Shown: positions 28,177 to 37,815 of the stretch, piece by piece
Layout of the letters: each line of letters starts with the position of its first letter
How positions within the stretch are numbered: position 1 is the first letter of the stretch
Origin: an uncultured bacterium
GTDB taxonomy: Bacteria; Gemmatimonadota; Gemmatimonadetes; Gemmatimonadales; GWC2-71-9
DNA length: 64,000 bases
Direction: 5' to 3'
Assembly: GCA_965651205.1 (NCBI GenBank)
Contig: CBFGRM010000003.1
Coordinates: 16,181 to 80,180 of the forward strand
Position numbers and translations under genes: made by a program
Notes under the pieces: model-generated
What the model was told of the DNA's origin: nothing
Seen by the model: the letters and a program-made list of their open reading frames with translations, nothing else
The model's database searches: none

Positions 28177-28677
28177 CTACTGGACGATGAACTGTGGCAG
28201 GTAGACCTCGACACTGCCGCCCTTGAGGTATGGTGCGACGATGGCGGCTAGTTCGCTGCGCAGGTCCTCGCGAATGCCGGGTGAGGTAAGCACATCGATC
28301 GACTTGCGCTCCAGCATCGATGCCACCGCGTCGCGCAGCATCACCTCGGAACCGCGCAGCTTCGCCTCGTCGGCAGCGGACTTGACCTTGTAGGCCACGG
28401 TCACGATCAGGTGGTTGCGTCCCCGGGAACCAGCCGGATTGACGATGATGCCATCCAACGTGAAGATCAGCGAGGTGGCCGCGCCGCCACCGTGCCCGTC
28501 ATCGCCGGCTGGTTCCTCCTCGGCGTGCTCGCCGCCCGAAGCCGCGAACGCCGGCCCGATGAACTGACGACCCACGCCGAAGCCGATCACCAGCGCCAGG
28601 GCGATGGTGACGATGTTCCTGATGCCGCCGGCCGATTTCGTGGCCGCCTCGCCTGTCGGCTCCCGGGATTGTTCCAT
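28177..28677 (-). CDS. fliL: Stator-associated protein FliL
   Basis: N-terminal TM, IIVNPAGS, LRDAV, VYLPQFIVQ; ATG at 28677 with GGAG RBS. Confidence 0.9.
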   Translation of the reverse strand: MEQSREPTGEAATKSAGGIRNIVTIALALVIGFGVGRQFIGPAFAASGGEHAEEEPAGDDGHGGGAATSLIFTLDGIIVNPAGSRGRNHLIVTVAYKVKSAADEAKLRGSEVMLRDAVASMLERKSIDVLTSPGIREDLRSELAAIVAPYLKGGSVEVYLPQFIVQ

Positions 28678-28724
28678 CGATTGCTTCTCCGCTTCGCGGG
28701 TGGGACTGCCCACCAGTCGCAAGA

Positions 28725-28740
28725 AGCAACCGCTGTACCA
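28725..28740 (-). promoter_or_regulatory. sigma54 promoter for fliL...fliA operon
   Basis: Minus strand TGGTACAGCGGTTGCT; IHF-like tract ~28758-28781. Confidence 0.8.
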
Positions 28741-28827
28741 TCGCGGTCGAGCTTCGCAAGTTGTGTAGTGGCAATAGCTTGCAAGGCAGGTGTGCGGCGG
28801 TGCCGGGTCGTTCCGGACTCGCCGGGT

Positions 28828-28864
28828 CGGCAGCTTCTGCCGCCCGCTCCGGACCTCCTTGCCG
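28828..28864. promoter_or_regulatory. Tandem enhancer (UAS) sites
   Basis: CGGCA-GCTTC-TGCCG (28828-28842) and CGGAC-CTCCT-TGCCG (28850-28864). Confidence 0.7.
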
Positions 28865-28872
28865 GGTGGAAC

Positions 28873-28911
28873 GACCGGGCGGCGCCGCGGAGACCGCGAC
28901 GCCGCCCGGTC
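28873..28911 (-). terminator. GC-rich hairpin after flgE (terminator/RNA stabiliser)
   Basis: gaccgggcggcgccgcgg...ccgcgacgccgcccggtc inverted repeat 15 nt past flgE stop; no clear U-tract. Confidence 0.55.
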
Positions 28912-28926
28912 CTGCAACAGGCCAGC

Positions 28927-30177
28927 TCAGCGACGCAGGTTCACCAATTCGTTGAGCATCTCGTCCGAGGTGGTGATCACCCGGGCGCTGGCCTGGAAGC
29001 CGCGCTGAGTGACGATCATCGAGGTGAACTCCTGCGACAGGTCGACGTTGGAGTTCTCCAGGGCGCCGGCGGTGATGGTTGAGGCATTCGAGCTGCCGGC
29101 AAACCCCAGCACCGCCAGGCCGGAGTTGGCCGATTCGGCGAACATATTGTCGCCGCGCCGGAGCAGGCCGGTCGGGTTGTTGAACCTGGCCAGCGCGAGC
29201 TGCGCCAGGGCCTGGCTCACGCCGTTGGAGAACACGCCCGTGATCACGCCGGCGTTGTCGATCTCGATCGACAGCAACTGGCCGGACTGGTAGCCGTCCT
29301 GGGACGACGCAACCGCATTGGACGCACCGGCAAAGCCGGCCAGGCCATCGATGTCATCGACCGTGCCAGCGTTGACGACGAAGTCGAAGGCGTCGGCACC
29401 GCTGGTCGGCGTGACCGTGAGAGCCGCGCCGCCGCCCGGATATTCGAAGGTCGCGAGGGTACCGTCGGCGTTGAACGTGACGGTGCCGGTGCCGGCGGAG
29501 AGGTCGGCAGTGGGCGACGTGGCCTCCCACTCCCACGCGTTGATGCCGGTGTTGGTGAAGGTCATCTCCACCACGTACGGGGTGCCCGTCTGGTCATACA
29601 CCGTCACACCGAGCGAGTGAGTGTCGCCGACGTCGGCGTTGGCGTTGAGGTTGCCGGTGACGGTGACGTTCTCGGTCTGTCGCGGCGGAGTCTGCTGACC
29701 GAGCGGCAGGTTGACATCACCGATCTGGGACGACGACGAGAACACGCCGGCGGTGTCGGCGGTGATCCCCTGCACCACGAAGCCGTTGTTCGCCGCGATC
29801 AGGCGGCCGTCGGCATCGATCTGGAAGTTGCCTGCCCGGGTGTAGAAACGGCGATTGCCGCTGTTCACCACGAAGAAGGCGTCGCCCTGGATCGCCAGGT
29901 CGGTGTTCTGTCCGGTCGATTCGAGCGATCCCTGGGTGAACACCTGGTCGATGCTGCCGATGTTCATCCCGCTGCCGACCTGGATCGGGTTGACGCCGCC
30001 GAGGTCGCCCGGCGGGCGGGTGGCGCCCTGCAGGAGCTGGGTGAACGCTTCCTTGAACGTGACGCGCGAGGCCTTGAAGGCGACGGTGTTCACGTTGGCG
30101 ATGTTGTTGCCGATCACGTCGAGCCGGGTCTGGTGATTGCGCAGTCCCGAGACGGCGGCAAAGAGGGAACGCATCAT
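28927..30177 (-). CDS. flgE: Flagellar hook protein FlgE
   Basis: MRSLFAAVSGL...GNNIANVNTVAFK, YTRAGNF, LENSNVDLSQEFTSMIVTQRGFQ. Confidence 0.96.
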   Translation of the reverse strand: MMRSLFAAVSGLRNHQTRLDVIGNNIANVNTVAFKASRVTFKEAFTQLLQGATRPPGDLGGVNPIQVGSGMNIGSIDQVFTQGSLESTGQNTDLAIQGDAFFVVNSGNRRFYTRAGNFQIDADGRLIAANNGFVVQGITADTAGVFSSSSQIGDVNLPLGQQTPPRQTENVTVTGNLNANADVGDTHSLGVTVYDQTGTPYVVEMTFTNTGINAWEWEATSPTADLSAGTGTVTFNADGTLATFEYPGGGAALTVTPTSGADAFDFVVNAGTVDDIDGLAGFAGASNAVASSQDGYQSGQLLSIEIDNAGVITGVFSNGVSQALAQLALARFNNPTGLLRRGDNMFAESANSGLAVLGFAGSSNASTITAGALENSNVDLSQEFTSMIVTQRGFQASARVITTSDEMLNELVNLRR

Positions 30178-30881
30178 TGTTGGGGTTGCTCCTCGGTGGT
30201 TGTGGTGCCATCCGCGGCAGGACCCGCGGCAATGATTTCCACGATGTCGACCATCGGCACCAGCGTGCCGTTGATCCGCAGCCCGACCTCGCCACCGTGG
30301 AAGGAAACGCCGTCAACGTGACCGACGGTGTACAACTCGCTGCCGACTGCCTCGCCCTGCAATCCCATCGCAGTGACCCGGTACTCGTACACGCCGCCCT
30401 CCAGGTCGAGGCCCTCGAGCGGGACCATCTGCCGACCCGGGGCGAGATTCTCCATCTCGATGCTCCCAACCACCTCGCCGTCGGCGCCGATCACCTCGAT
30501 GATCACGTCGCGACTGGCCGCATCCAGCTCGAATGCCACCCGTGCCGGGGTCTCGCCGTCGCTGGTGAGCGTCGATCCGCGCAGCAACACGTCGCGACCG
30601 ATCAGCGAGCTGCCAAGCATCGTCTGGGTGGTGAGTGAGTTGGCGGCGGTGGCGGCTGTGGTCGCCTCCAGCTTCGAGTTGATCTCGATCAATTGTTCCA
30701 CTGTCGAGAACTGCGCCAATTGCGCAGCGAACTCGGTGCCGTCCATCGGCGACAGCGGGTCCTGGTTGCGCAACTGGGTGACCAGCAGCTTGAGGAAGTC
30801 CTCCTTCCCCATAGCCGGCCCCAGTGCATTGGCGGTGCTGGCCGTGTCGGTGCCGACTGTGGGACCCAACGGTGTTGTCAT
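30174..30881 (-). CDS. flgD: Hook capping protein FlgD
   Basis: DFLKLLVTQLRNQDPLSPMD...QLAQFSTVEQ. Confidence 0.96.
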   Translation of the reverse strand: MTTPLGPTVGTDTASTANALGPAMGKEDFLKLLVTQLRNQDPLSPMDGTEFAAQLAQFSTVEQLIEINSKLEATTAATAANSLTTQTMLGSSLIGRDVLLRGSTLTSDGETPARVAFELDAASRDVIIEVIGADGEVVGSIEMENLAPGRQMVPLEGLDLEGGVYEYRVTAMGLQGEAVGSELYTVGHVDGVSFHGGEVGLRINGTLVPMVDIVEIIAAGPAADGTTTTEEQPQQ

Positions 30882-32308
30882 TCTGCCTCCTCATCGGGAT
30901 GGCGACGATGATGACGCCCCTCATCGCGGCGCGGATCGGGATGGGCCGTCCGCTGCTCGGTGGGGTTGTGGTCGGCGCCAGCAGAGTTTCCTGGCTCGTT
31001 CCGACCGCCGGCAAGCAGCACCGGTGCTGCATCGACGCCGGCGGCCCGCACCGCAAGCTGGGGGTCGCCGAACCCCCTGGCCTCGAGGTTGCGGCGCAGT
31101 TCGGGCAGCCCCAGTTCAAGCGTGGCTACCACGCTCGGCTCGACCAGCATCGTGGCCCGCACCTGATCTCCGACAACGGCCACGCGCAACCGGCCAATGC
31201 CGCCATCAGGTGCCTCGAACGGCAGCGTGACAATCTTCGGTCCGACGGCGGACATCCCCGGATCAGCCACGGTCCGCAACGCCACCGGAGCATCCAGCTC
31301 ACGCACCGATGTGCTGGCGATGGTGCTGACTGCGGTGGGTTGAGCACGAACTGCAGCGCCACTGGCCTGTTCGATCTTCGCCCAGGCCTGATCACCACGA
31401 TGCTCGGCCGCCGCTTCCCCACCGCCGTCGTCATCATCTGCAATGGCGGCCGACAGTGCGGCGACCACCTCGTGAACCCACGATACCGGTTCCGATGACT
31501 TCGCCGGCTCCGCCGATTCCCGCGCCTGTCCCATCTCGACGGGGGCGACCTGGGCAGTCGGAGGAGCAGGTGGTGCAGCGCCGGACGGAGTCGGTGGTGC
31601 AGCCGCCGGCTCTCCAGCGGGCTCCGATGAAGACACCATCGAGGCTGCTGCCGGAGCAACGGGGACCGAGTCTTCGCGGCGAAGCGCCGCAAAGATCGAC
31701 TTCCGGACCGGAGGCCGAACGGTGTCGATCACCGCCTCTGCCACGGGTGGCGGCGCCGCCGATGCACCAATCGGTCCTGGTGCCTCGTCGGCCGGCTGCC
31801 TTGTGGTGGCAGTAACCTTCGCGACGGTTTCCGCCACAACTGATGGCTCGGCAACTTCGAAGCTCTCCCCAGCCATCTGCACCGGCAGGTCGGCACTTGC
31901 TTCCAGAATCGGCCGCGGTGGTGGCGCAGGACTCAACGCCGCCTGCGGCACCGGAGCCGGTGCTGCTTCGACCGCGGTTTCGTCATCGGCTTCTACCTCG
32001 ACGTCGGGCTCAGCATCCGCTGTGGATTCTGCAACCACCTTCGGTCGTGGCTCAGCATCCGCTGTTGATTCTGCGACCACCTTCGGTCGTGGTGCACCAT
32101 CCGCTGTTGATTCTGCGACCAGCGTCGATCGTGGTGCAGCATCCGCTAGCTGCTGTTGTTCACCGCCTGGCACGCCCTGGCTGGTCGCCGCAAGTACTGC
32201 GGCGAAAGTCGACTCAGCCGCCGCTGCGATCGACTCAGGGGCCGCCGTGCCGCTGGCGTCGGTCACCGGCAACAGGATTGCGGGGACAGGGCAGGTACTC
32301 ACGATCAC
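30878..32308 (-). CDS. fliK: Hook-length control protein FliK
   Basis: Long A/P/E-rich disordered N-region; C-terminal T3S4-like domain (GIGRLRVAVVGDQVRATM...LPELRRNLEARGF); immediately upstream of flgD. Confidence 0.75.
   Translation of the reverse strand: MIVSTCPVPAILLPVTDASGTAAPESIAAAAESTFAAVLAATSQGVPGGEQQQLADAAPRSTLVAESTADGAPRPKVVAESTADAEPRPKVVAESTADAEPDVEVEADDETAVEAAPAPVPQAALSPAPPPRPILEASADLPVQMAGESFEVAEPSVVAETVAKVTATTRQPADEAPGPIGASAAPPPVAEAVIDTVRPPVRKSIFAALRREDSVPVAPAAASMVSSSEPAGEPAAAPPTPSGAAPPAPPTAQVAPVEMGQARESAEPAKSSEPVSWVHEVVAALSAAIADDDDGGGEAAAEHRGDQAWAKIEQASGAAVRAQPTAVSTIASTSVRELDAPVALRTVADPGMSAVGPKIVTLPFEAPDGGIGRLRVAVVGDQVRATMLVEPSVVATLELGLPELRRNLEARGFGDPQLAVRAAGVDAAPVLLAGGRNEPGNSAGADHNPTEQRTAHPDPRRDEGRHHRRHPDEEAE
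32007..32147. repeat. 42-bp in-frame tandem repeat (~3.3 copies) inside fliK
   Basis: Units begin 32007, 32049, 32091, 32133; encode VAESTAD(A/G)(E/A)PRPKV. Confidence 0.9.
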
Positions 32309-32709
32309 GTGCCGGCCCCGGCCAGCAACAGCAGCCGGCTCAGTTCACTGCCCCGCTCTGGTGGCATCGCAGCCAGGATTTCGGACGCACGCGTCAGTGG
32401 CATTCCCTTGAGCACACCGATCGCCTCGGCGTTGCTCAGTCGCGCGACCATCGGCGCGGCCTCGGTCGCACCGAGTTCCGCAACCGCAGCGCGCAGCGCT
32501 TGCAGCGCGTCGGTGGTGTCGACCGGTGGTGGTTCACTCCTGGGCAGCTCCGACACCGGCTGTGGTACCACCGGAGTGGCCGACTGGACCACGGCATTGG
32601 TATCTGCGTGCTCGTCTTGCGGCACGACGGCGGTTCGCGCTGGCGACAGGTATGTGCCGAGTGCCAGCCCGAGCCCCAACGCCACGATGGCGAGGGTCGG
32701 GAACTTCAT
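32305..32709 (-). CDS. MotE/MgtE-N-like flagellar protein (YlxF/FlbB-like)
   Basis: N-terminal TM; EAAPMVARLSNAEAIGVLKGMPLTRASEILAAMPPER repeat; between fliJ and fliK. Confidence 0.75.
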   Translation of the reverse strand: MKFPTLAIVALGLGLALGTYLSPARTAVVPQDEHADTNAVVQSATPVVPQPVSELPRSEPPPVDTTDALQALRAAVAELGATEAAPMVARLSNAEAIGVLKGMPLTRASEILAAMPPERGSELSRLLLLAGAGT

Positions 32710-33152
32710 CTTGAGTCCTCCTTGCCGTGGCGCAGGCGACCGATCTCGTCGCTTGCGGCCTGTTCCTTCCTGCCGATATCCGTCGTCCAGTCCGTCTCGC
32801 GCTTTTCGCGCAGGCGCTCCAGTGACCGGCGGGCAACGTGGGCGTCGGTCAACCTGGCGAGTTCCTCCTGCTGCGCCGCCTCGGCGATCCGCAGTTGATC
32901 ACCGGCAAGTTCGAGTCGGCACCTTGCCGCATCGGTGGCCATCCCCCAGGCAGACCGGATCCCAGCCGGTGTCACTTCGGTGGCGCTGGCCTGGGCGGCT
33001 ACTGCATCCAGTTCGGAAGCCCGCTCCGACGACACCTCACGCCGACGCTCCGTCTCCTGGGTTGCCCGACCGGTGGCTGCCGCCTGCGCCCGTTCCGCTG
33101 CCTTGCGCAGGTCGAGCAGTCGTTGCAGCGCAAATCGGAATCCCGACATCAA
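32706..33152 (-). CDS. fliJ: Flagellar export protein FliJ
   Basis: FRFALQRLLDLR...LERLREK...EQAASDE; follows fliI. Confidence 0.9.
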   Translation of the reverse strand: MMSGFRFALQRLLDLRKAAERAQAAATGRATQETERRREVSSERASELDAVAAQASATEVTPAGIRSAWGMATDAARCRLELAGDQLRIAEAAQQEELARLTDAHVARRSLERLREKRETDWTTDIGRKEQAASDEIGRLRHGKEDSR

Positions 33153-34474
33153 CTCGCCCCGCTTTCGATCGATTCGGCACGCCGCGCCAGCTCGATCACC
33201 GCGGCGCGGGTCTGCGCGAATGTGCTGTGGTGCTCGGGACGCTGTTGCAGCAGCGTGAGCAGTTCACCGCGCACGACGATCGCCGTGTCCACGGTCGGAT
33301 TGGCACCGCGCTGGTAGGCACCCACCGCGATCAGGTCCTCGTGCGCCCGGTATGCCGCCTCCAACCGGACCAGCGCGTTGGCCGCGTCACGATGCTCGGC
33401 GTCGATCACCGAGTCGCGTACCCGGCTCACGCTCTCGAGCACGTCGATCGCCGGGTAATGCTTGGCCACGGCGAGTCGGCGAGCCAGCACCACGTGACCA
33501 TCGAGGATCGAGCGTGCCGCATCGGTCACCGGCTCGTTGAAGTCGTCACCCTCCACCAGCACCGTGTACAGGCCAGTTATGGTGCCGGTGGCAGAGGCCC
33601 CTGCGCGCTCCAGCAATCGCGGCAACCCGGCAAACACCGACGGCGGATATCCCTTGGTGGTCGGCGGCTCTCCAACCGCCAGCCCGACCTCCCGCCAGGC
33701 CATGGCCACCCGGGTGACCGAGTCCATAAGCAGCAGGACGTCCTTGCCGGAGTCGCGGAAGTACTCGGCGATAGTGGTTGCCACCAGCGCCCCGGCGGAA
33801 CGGATCACCGGCGACTGGTCGGAGGTGGCCACGATCACAACCGACCTTGCCAGTCCTTCCGGCCCGAGGTCGCGCTCGATGAACTCGCGCACTTCGCGAC
33901 CGCGCTCACCCAGCAGCGCAATCACGTTGACATCCGACGACGCACCCCGCGCGATCATCCCGAGCATCACGCTCTTGCCGACGCCGGAGCCGGCAAGAAT
34001 GCCGACCCGTTGACCTCGCCCGAGTGACTCCAGGCCATCGATAGCGCGGATGCCGGTGGTGAACGGCGTGGTCACCGGCGGACGGTCGAGCGGCGATGGT
34101 GGATCGGCGTGCATCGAGCGAAGTGCAACCGGACCGACCGGGCCACGCCCGTCGATCGGATTGCCGAGCCCGTCGAGCACCCGGCCGATCAGGCCCTCGC
34201 CGACACCCACATACAGCGGTCTCCCCAGCGGTGCCACGATCGCGCCCGGCTGGATTCCTTCGAGGTCACCGATCGGCAGCAGCATCACGCCACGCTCCTG
34301 GAACCCGGCGACCATCGCGAGTACGGTCCGCGAGCCAGTCATAAGCCGACACACCTCGCCCACCGCAACCGGCAGCGCCGACGCCTCGACCACCTGACCG
34401 ATCACCCGGGTCACCCGACCGTAGGTCACCAGCCGCTGCGCGGTGCGCACCTTTTCGAGCAGTGCCTCACTCAC
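33149..34474 (-). CDS. fliI: Flagellar export ATPase FliI
   Basis: GQRVGILAGSGVGKS, GERGREV, MDSVTR, GEPPTTKGYPPS, DGHVVL; start GTG 34474 (or ATG 34489). Confidence 0.96.
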   Translation of the reverse strand: MSEALLEKVRTAQRLVTYGRVTRVIGQVVEASALPVAVGEVCRLMTGSRTVLAMVAGFQERGVMLLPIGDLEGIQPGAIVAPLGRPLYVGVGEGLIGRVLDGLGNPIDGRGPVGPVALRSMHADPPSPLDRPPVTTPFTTGIRAIDGLESLGRGQRVGILAGSGVGKSVMLGMIARGASSDVNVIALLGERGREVREFIERDLGPEGLARSVVIVATSDQSPVIRSAGALVATTIAEYFRDSGKDVLLLMDSVTRVAMAWREVGLAVGEPPTTKGYPPSVFAGLPRLLERAGASATGTITGLYTVLVEGDDFNEPVTDAARSILDGHVVLARRLAVAKHYPAIDVLESVSRVRDSVIDAEHRDAANALVRLEAAYRAHEDLIAVGAYQRGANPTVDTAIVVRGELLTLLQQRPEHHSTFAQTRAAVIELARRAESIESGAS

Positions 34475-35051
34475 TGACGAGTCGCTCATAGATGTCGAGC
34501 AGCACGCGGTCGATGCGACCATCCACCACCGAACTCGGTCCCTCGATCACGCAGCCACCGCGCAACAGCGATGGATCGGCCAGCCACCGAAGTTCCACCG
34601 CACTCTGGGTCGACTCGCGCACCACCGGCAGGTCACGAACCGATTCGAGGTCGTCGGGATGCAGATGAACCGTCAGTGGCCCACCCAGCGGCGCCAGCGA
34701 CAGGGCTCGCGCAACCAGCGACCGGATGTGCTCGGGATTGCGCTCCAGCTCGGCACCAAGCACGTGCCTGGCCACCCCGATCGACAACGCGTGCACGCTC
34801 TCGGTGAAACGCTGCTGCAGCAGTTCGGCCGCCTGCGCCAGCGCCCTCTCCACCGCGGCAAGCGTGGCGAGCCGGGCAGTGAGTGAAGTCTGGTCGTCCT
34901 CGCGCAGCGCGTTGCGTCCCTCCTCCCAACCGCGCTGATAGGCGGCTTCCTCGGGCGACGGGCCCTGATCCGCGCCGCCCGGCGCAGCCACAGTGCGCAG
35001 ATCGGGGAGCCGCCAGGCGGCAACTCCCCGGGACTCAGGCGATCGTGTCAT
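34467..35051 (-). CDS. fliH: Flagellar assembly protein FliH
   Basis: WRLPDL, YQRGWEEG, VHLHPDD, DPSLLRGGCVIE. Confidence 0.9.
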   Translation of the reverse strand: MTRSPESRGVAAWRLPDLRTVAAPGGADQGPSPEEAAYQRGWEEGRNALREDDQTSLTARLATLAAVERALAQAAELLQQRFTESVHALSIGVARHVLGAELERNPEHIRSLVARALSLAPLGGPLTVHLHPDDLESVRDLPVVRESTQSAVELRWLADPSLLRGGCVIEGPSSVVDGRIDRVLLDIYERLVSE

Positions 35052-36054
35052 CATCGCCACCGCGGTCGATAGTGATTTCCCCTGCTTCCTGCAGTGAGCG
35101 CGCGGCGGCAAGGATCTCGGCGTGTGCACCTTGCACGTCCTTGACCTTGACCGCGCCCAGCATCTCCATCTCCTCGCGGAGAGTCTCGACTGCACGCTCC
35201 GACATATTGCGGAACACCTTGGCCTTGAGCGGCTCGCTGGCGGCCTTGAGCGCCAGCGCGAGGTCGCGGCTCGGCACGTCGCGCAGCAGCCGCTGCAAAC
35301 CCCGGTCGTCGAGCAGTTGCAGGTCCTCGAACACGAACATCAGTTCGCGCACTTCGTTGGCCAGTTCCGGCTCCACCGCGGCGAGTCCCTCGAGCAGCGC
35401 CTGATCGCGGCCGCCACCCACGCGGTTCAGCAACCGCGCCACCGCTGCCGGGCCTCCCACGGTCGACGGTGCGGCAGAGAGCGTCAGGGTGGCCTCACCA
35501 CCGAGCACCGCCTCCACCTGCTCCAGCACGTCGGTCGCGATCGGCGCGAGTGTCGCCATCCGTCGCAACACCTCCGAGGCGAGCTCGGCCGGCAACGCCG
35601 CGAGGGTACCGGCGGCAAGCGCCTGATCGACGTGGGCCAGCACCAGGGCAATGGTCTGCGCCTGTTCACCGCGCAGCAGGCCGAGCAGCACCGGCGGAGT
35701 CGCACGCGCCAGACTCGGCAGGCCGGTGGCAGGCGTGGGTGTCACGATCCGTTCAACGGCCGCGCGTGCGCGTTCGGTGCCGAGCGCGGCCTCAAGCAGT
35801 GATTGGGCAACCGGAATGCCGCCATCGGCCACTTCGGACACCTTGGCGACCGCACCGAGATACTCCTCCACCACCTGGCTGATCACGTCGCGCCCGACGG
35901 CCGGAATCCGGGCGATCTCCTCGGTCACCCGTTCCACCTCGTCAGGCGTGAGTTGCCGCAGGATCACCGCGGCCTGTTCGGTGCCCAGCGCCAGGCAGAG
36001 AATTGCTGCCTTGCGAACTCCGGTGAGCGGTTCCGCGATTGCGCGCGCGGTCAC
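35035..36054 (-). CDS. fliG: C-ring rotor protein FliG
   Basis: KAAILCLALG, GG hinge, MFVFEDL, NMSERA; GTG 36054 overlapping fliF stop. Confidence 0.95.
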   Translation of the reverse strand: MTARAIAEPLTGVRKAAILCLALGTEQAAVILRQLTPDEVERVTEEIARIPAVGRDVISQVVEEYLGAVAKVSEVADGGIPVAQSLLEAALGTERARAAVERIVTPTPATGLPSLARATPPVLLGLLRGEQAQTIALVLAHVDQALAAGTLAALPAELASEVLRRMATLAPIATDVLEQVEAVLGGEATLTLSAAPSTVGGPAAVARLLNRVGGGRDQALLEGLAAVEPELANEVRELMFVFEDLQLLDDRGLQRLLRDVPSRDLALALKAASEPLKAKVFRNMSERAVETLREEMEMLGAVKVKDVQGAHAEILAAARSLQEAGEITIDRGGDDDTIA

Positions 36055-37496
36055 GTCGACTCGGTGAGCCACGAGCGCAGCACTCGGGCACTGGTCTGCG
36101 GAGCCGGCAGGGTGTCACCAACCCGGCTGCTGATCCCGGTCGCGCCGGGTGCCCCTCCGAGTTCACCCGCACGGCTGCCGGCAGCGATGGCCTCCTCCTC
36201 GCTGGTGCGGATCGTTCGCACGGCGCGCCAGCCGATCGCTGCCGCCGCGATCAATGCGAACAACGCCAGCACCGGGAAGGCCAGCCGCGACACTATCTCC
36301 AGGGCACCCGGGCCGGTTGGTGCCGCCAGATCCGCCGGTGTTTCAGCCAGCGGACCCGCCACTTCCACGCCGTTGAAGGCGATCGCCATCACGCTCACCC
36401 GGTCACCGCGTGCTTCGTCAAATCCGATCGCGTCACGGATGATCCCCTCGAGCTGGGCACGGTCCGAGTCGAGCATCTCGCCTCCCGAACCACTGCGACG
36501 GCTGTCGACCAGCGCGCTCACCGTGAGGCGGGTGACACCACCCACGCTGCCGACGATTCGTTCGACCGTGCGCGAGTTGAGATATTCGTTGTTCTCGACC
36601 GTGGCGGTGGCCCCACCCGAGAGCGAATCAGTGCGCGACTGGCTGAGCTGCTCCACCTTGAGCACCGCTCCCGCGGTGTCGTACGCCTCGATGGTGCGCT
36701 CCACCTGGTCGAAATTGAGCCGCGCCGCCACCTGCACTCGCACCGCGTCTGGACCGATCGCCGCGTCGAGCAGATTCTGCACCTTCGCCTGCAAGTGTCC
36801 CTCGACACCGCGCTGAAGCTCGAGCTGCCGACTGGTCAGTCCGGCGATGTCGTCGGCCGCCGGGACACCGACCAGGGGCCGACCGCTGTCGTCGAGCACT
36901 GCCACGTTCTCGGGCGCAAGCTGTTCGACGCTGCTGCTGACCAATTGGGCAATGCCGCGCACCTGTTCCGCAGTGAGCGACAATCCCGACTGGAGCGCCA
37001 CCACCACCGCCGCCTGTGCCGGAGTGTCCAGTTTCCGCAGCGCACTCGATTCCGGGATCGCGAGGTGTACCTGGGCCCTTTCGACCCCGCGCAACGTGCC
37101 GATAGTCCGCGCCAGCTCACCCTCGAGTGCCCGGCGGTAAGTGACGTGCTGGGTGAAGTCGGTCATTCCCCACGTCGGCTTGTCGAACAGCTCCAGTCCG
37201 GGTCGACCTGCTCCCGGCATCCCCTGCTGTGCCAGAGTGACGCGGGCGCGGGCGGCATCGGCTTCCGCCACCGAGATGCTGCCACCGATGCCCTCCAGTT
37301 TGTGATCGATGCCGGCCTTGCTGAGTGCCTCGCTCATCTGGCCGGCTTCGGCCAGATCCGCGCCCTGGAACAGCGTCACCCGCTTGGTGGAGGTGGCGGT
37401 GCGCGCCAGCATCAGGGCGGCCACCAGCAGCACCGCGACCGCCGAGAGCGCGACCACGCGACCGTTGCCACTCAGCCGTGTGAAGGCAGCGAGCAT
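36051..37496 (-). CDS. fliF: MS-ring protein FliF
   Basis: GLELFDK...TDF...YRRALEGELARTI, AQVHLAIP, AIGFDEARGD; two TMs. Confidence 0.95.
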   Translation of the reverse strand: MLAAFTRLSGNGRVVALSAVAVLLVAALMLARTATSTKRVTLFQGADLAEAGQMSEALSKAGIDHKLEGIGGSISVAEADAARARVTLAQQGMPGAGRPGLELFDKPTWGMTDFTQHVTYRRALEGELARTIGTLRGVERAQVHLAIPESSALRKLDTPAQAAVVVALQSGLSLTAEQVRGIAQLVSSSVEQLAPENVAVLDDSGRPLVGVPAADDIAGLTSRQLELQRGVEGHLQAKVQNLLDAAIGPDAVRVQVAARLNFDQVERTIEAYDTAGAVLKVEQLSQSRTDSLSGGATATVENNEYLNSRTVERIVGSVGGVTRLTVSALVDSRRSGSGGEMLDSDRAQLEGIIRDAIGFDEARGDRVSVMAIAFNGVEVAGPLAETPADLAAPTGPGALEIVSRLAFPVLALFALIAAAAIGWRAVRTIRTSEEEAIAAGSRAGELGGAPGATGISSRVGDTLPAPQTSARVLRSWLTEST

Positions 37497-37500
37497 CGCG

Positions 37501-37812
37501 TCAGGCCTGGATGTTCATCACCGTGCGATACGCCTCGGTGAGCTTGTTCCGGGTCTCGACCAGCAGCTCGAGCGACAGGCTTGCCTCCTCTGCTGCGGCC
37601 ATCACCTGGTGCAACTCGACCGGCTCGCCGCGCAGGAACGCCGCGATGATGTCTGCCTTCTGCTCCTGCACCCGCACCACGTCGCCGAGGGCACGTGACA
37701 ACAAGTCGCCGAAGGGCGACTCCGGCTGCTCGGTGCCGAGCGGTGCACCGATGCCGCGCTCGATGGGCGAAACGACCTGCCCGGGTCCGTTGGGACGAAT
37801 CGGAATCGTCAT
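37501..37812 (-). CDS. fliE: Hook-basal body protein FliE
   Basis: FGDLL...LHQVMAAAEEASLSLELLVETRNKLTEAYRTVMNIQ. Confidence 0.95.
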   Translation of the reverse strand: MTIPIRPNGPGQVVSPIERGIGAPLGTEQPESPFGDLLSRALGDVVRVQEQKADIIAAFLRGEPVELHQVMAAAEEASLSLELLVETRNKLTEAYRTVMNIQA

Positions 37813-37815
37813 CGC

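Noticed and set aside
28680-28926. Possible c-di-GMP riboswitch upstream of fliL
   Set aside because: No GEMM-type motif recognised; region is explained by hairpin, enhancer, IHF-like site and sigma54 box. An Rfam scan would settle it.
21481-37496. Non-flagellar injectisome (T3SS)
   Set aside because: Rod, hook, L/P rings, flagellin and stator are present; no secretin or needle genes.
14183-37541. Long plus-strand ORFs (14183-15649, 16713-18077, 21022-22761, 32156-34027, 36039-37541)
   Set aside because: All antisense to clearly identified flagellar genes; stop-poor frames are expected at this GC content.
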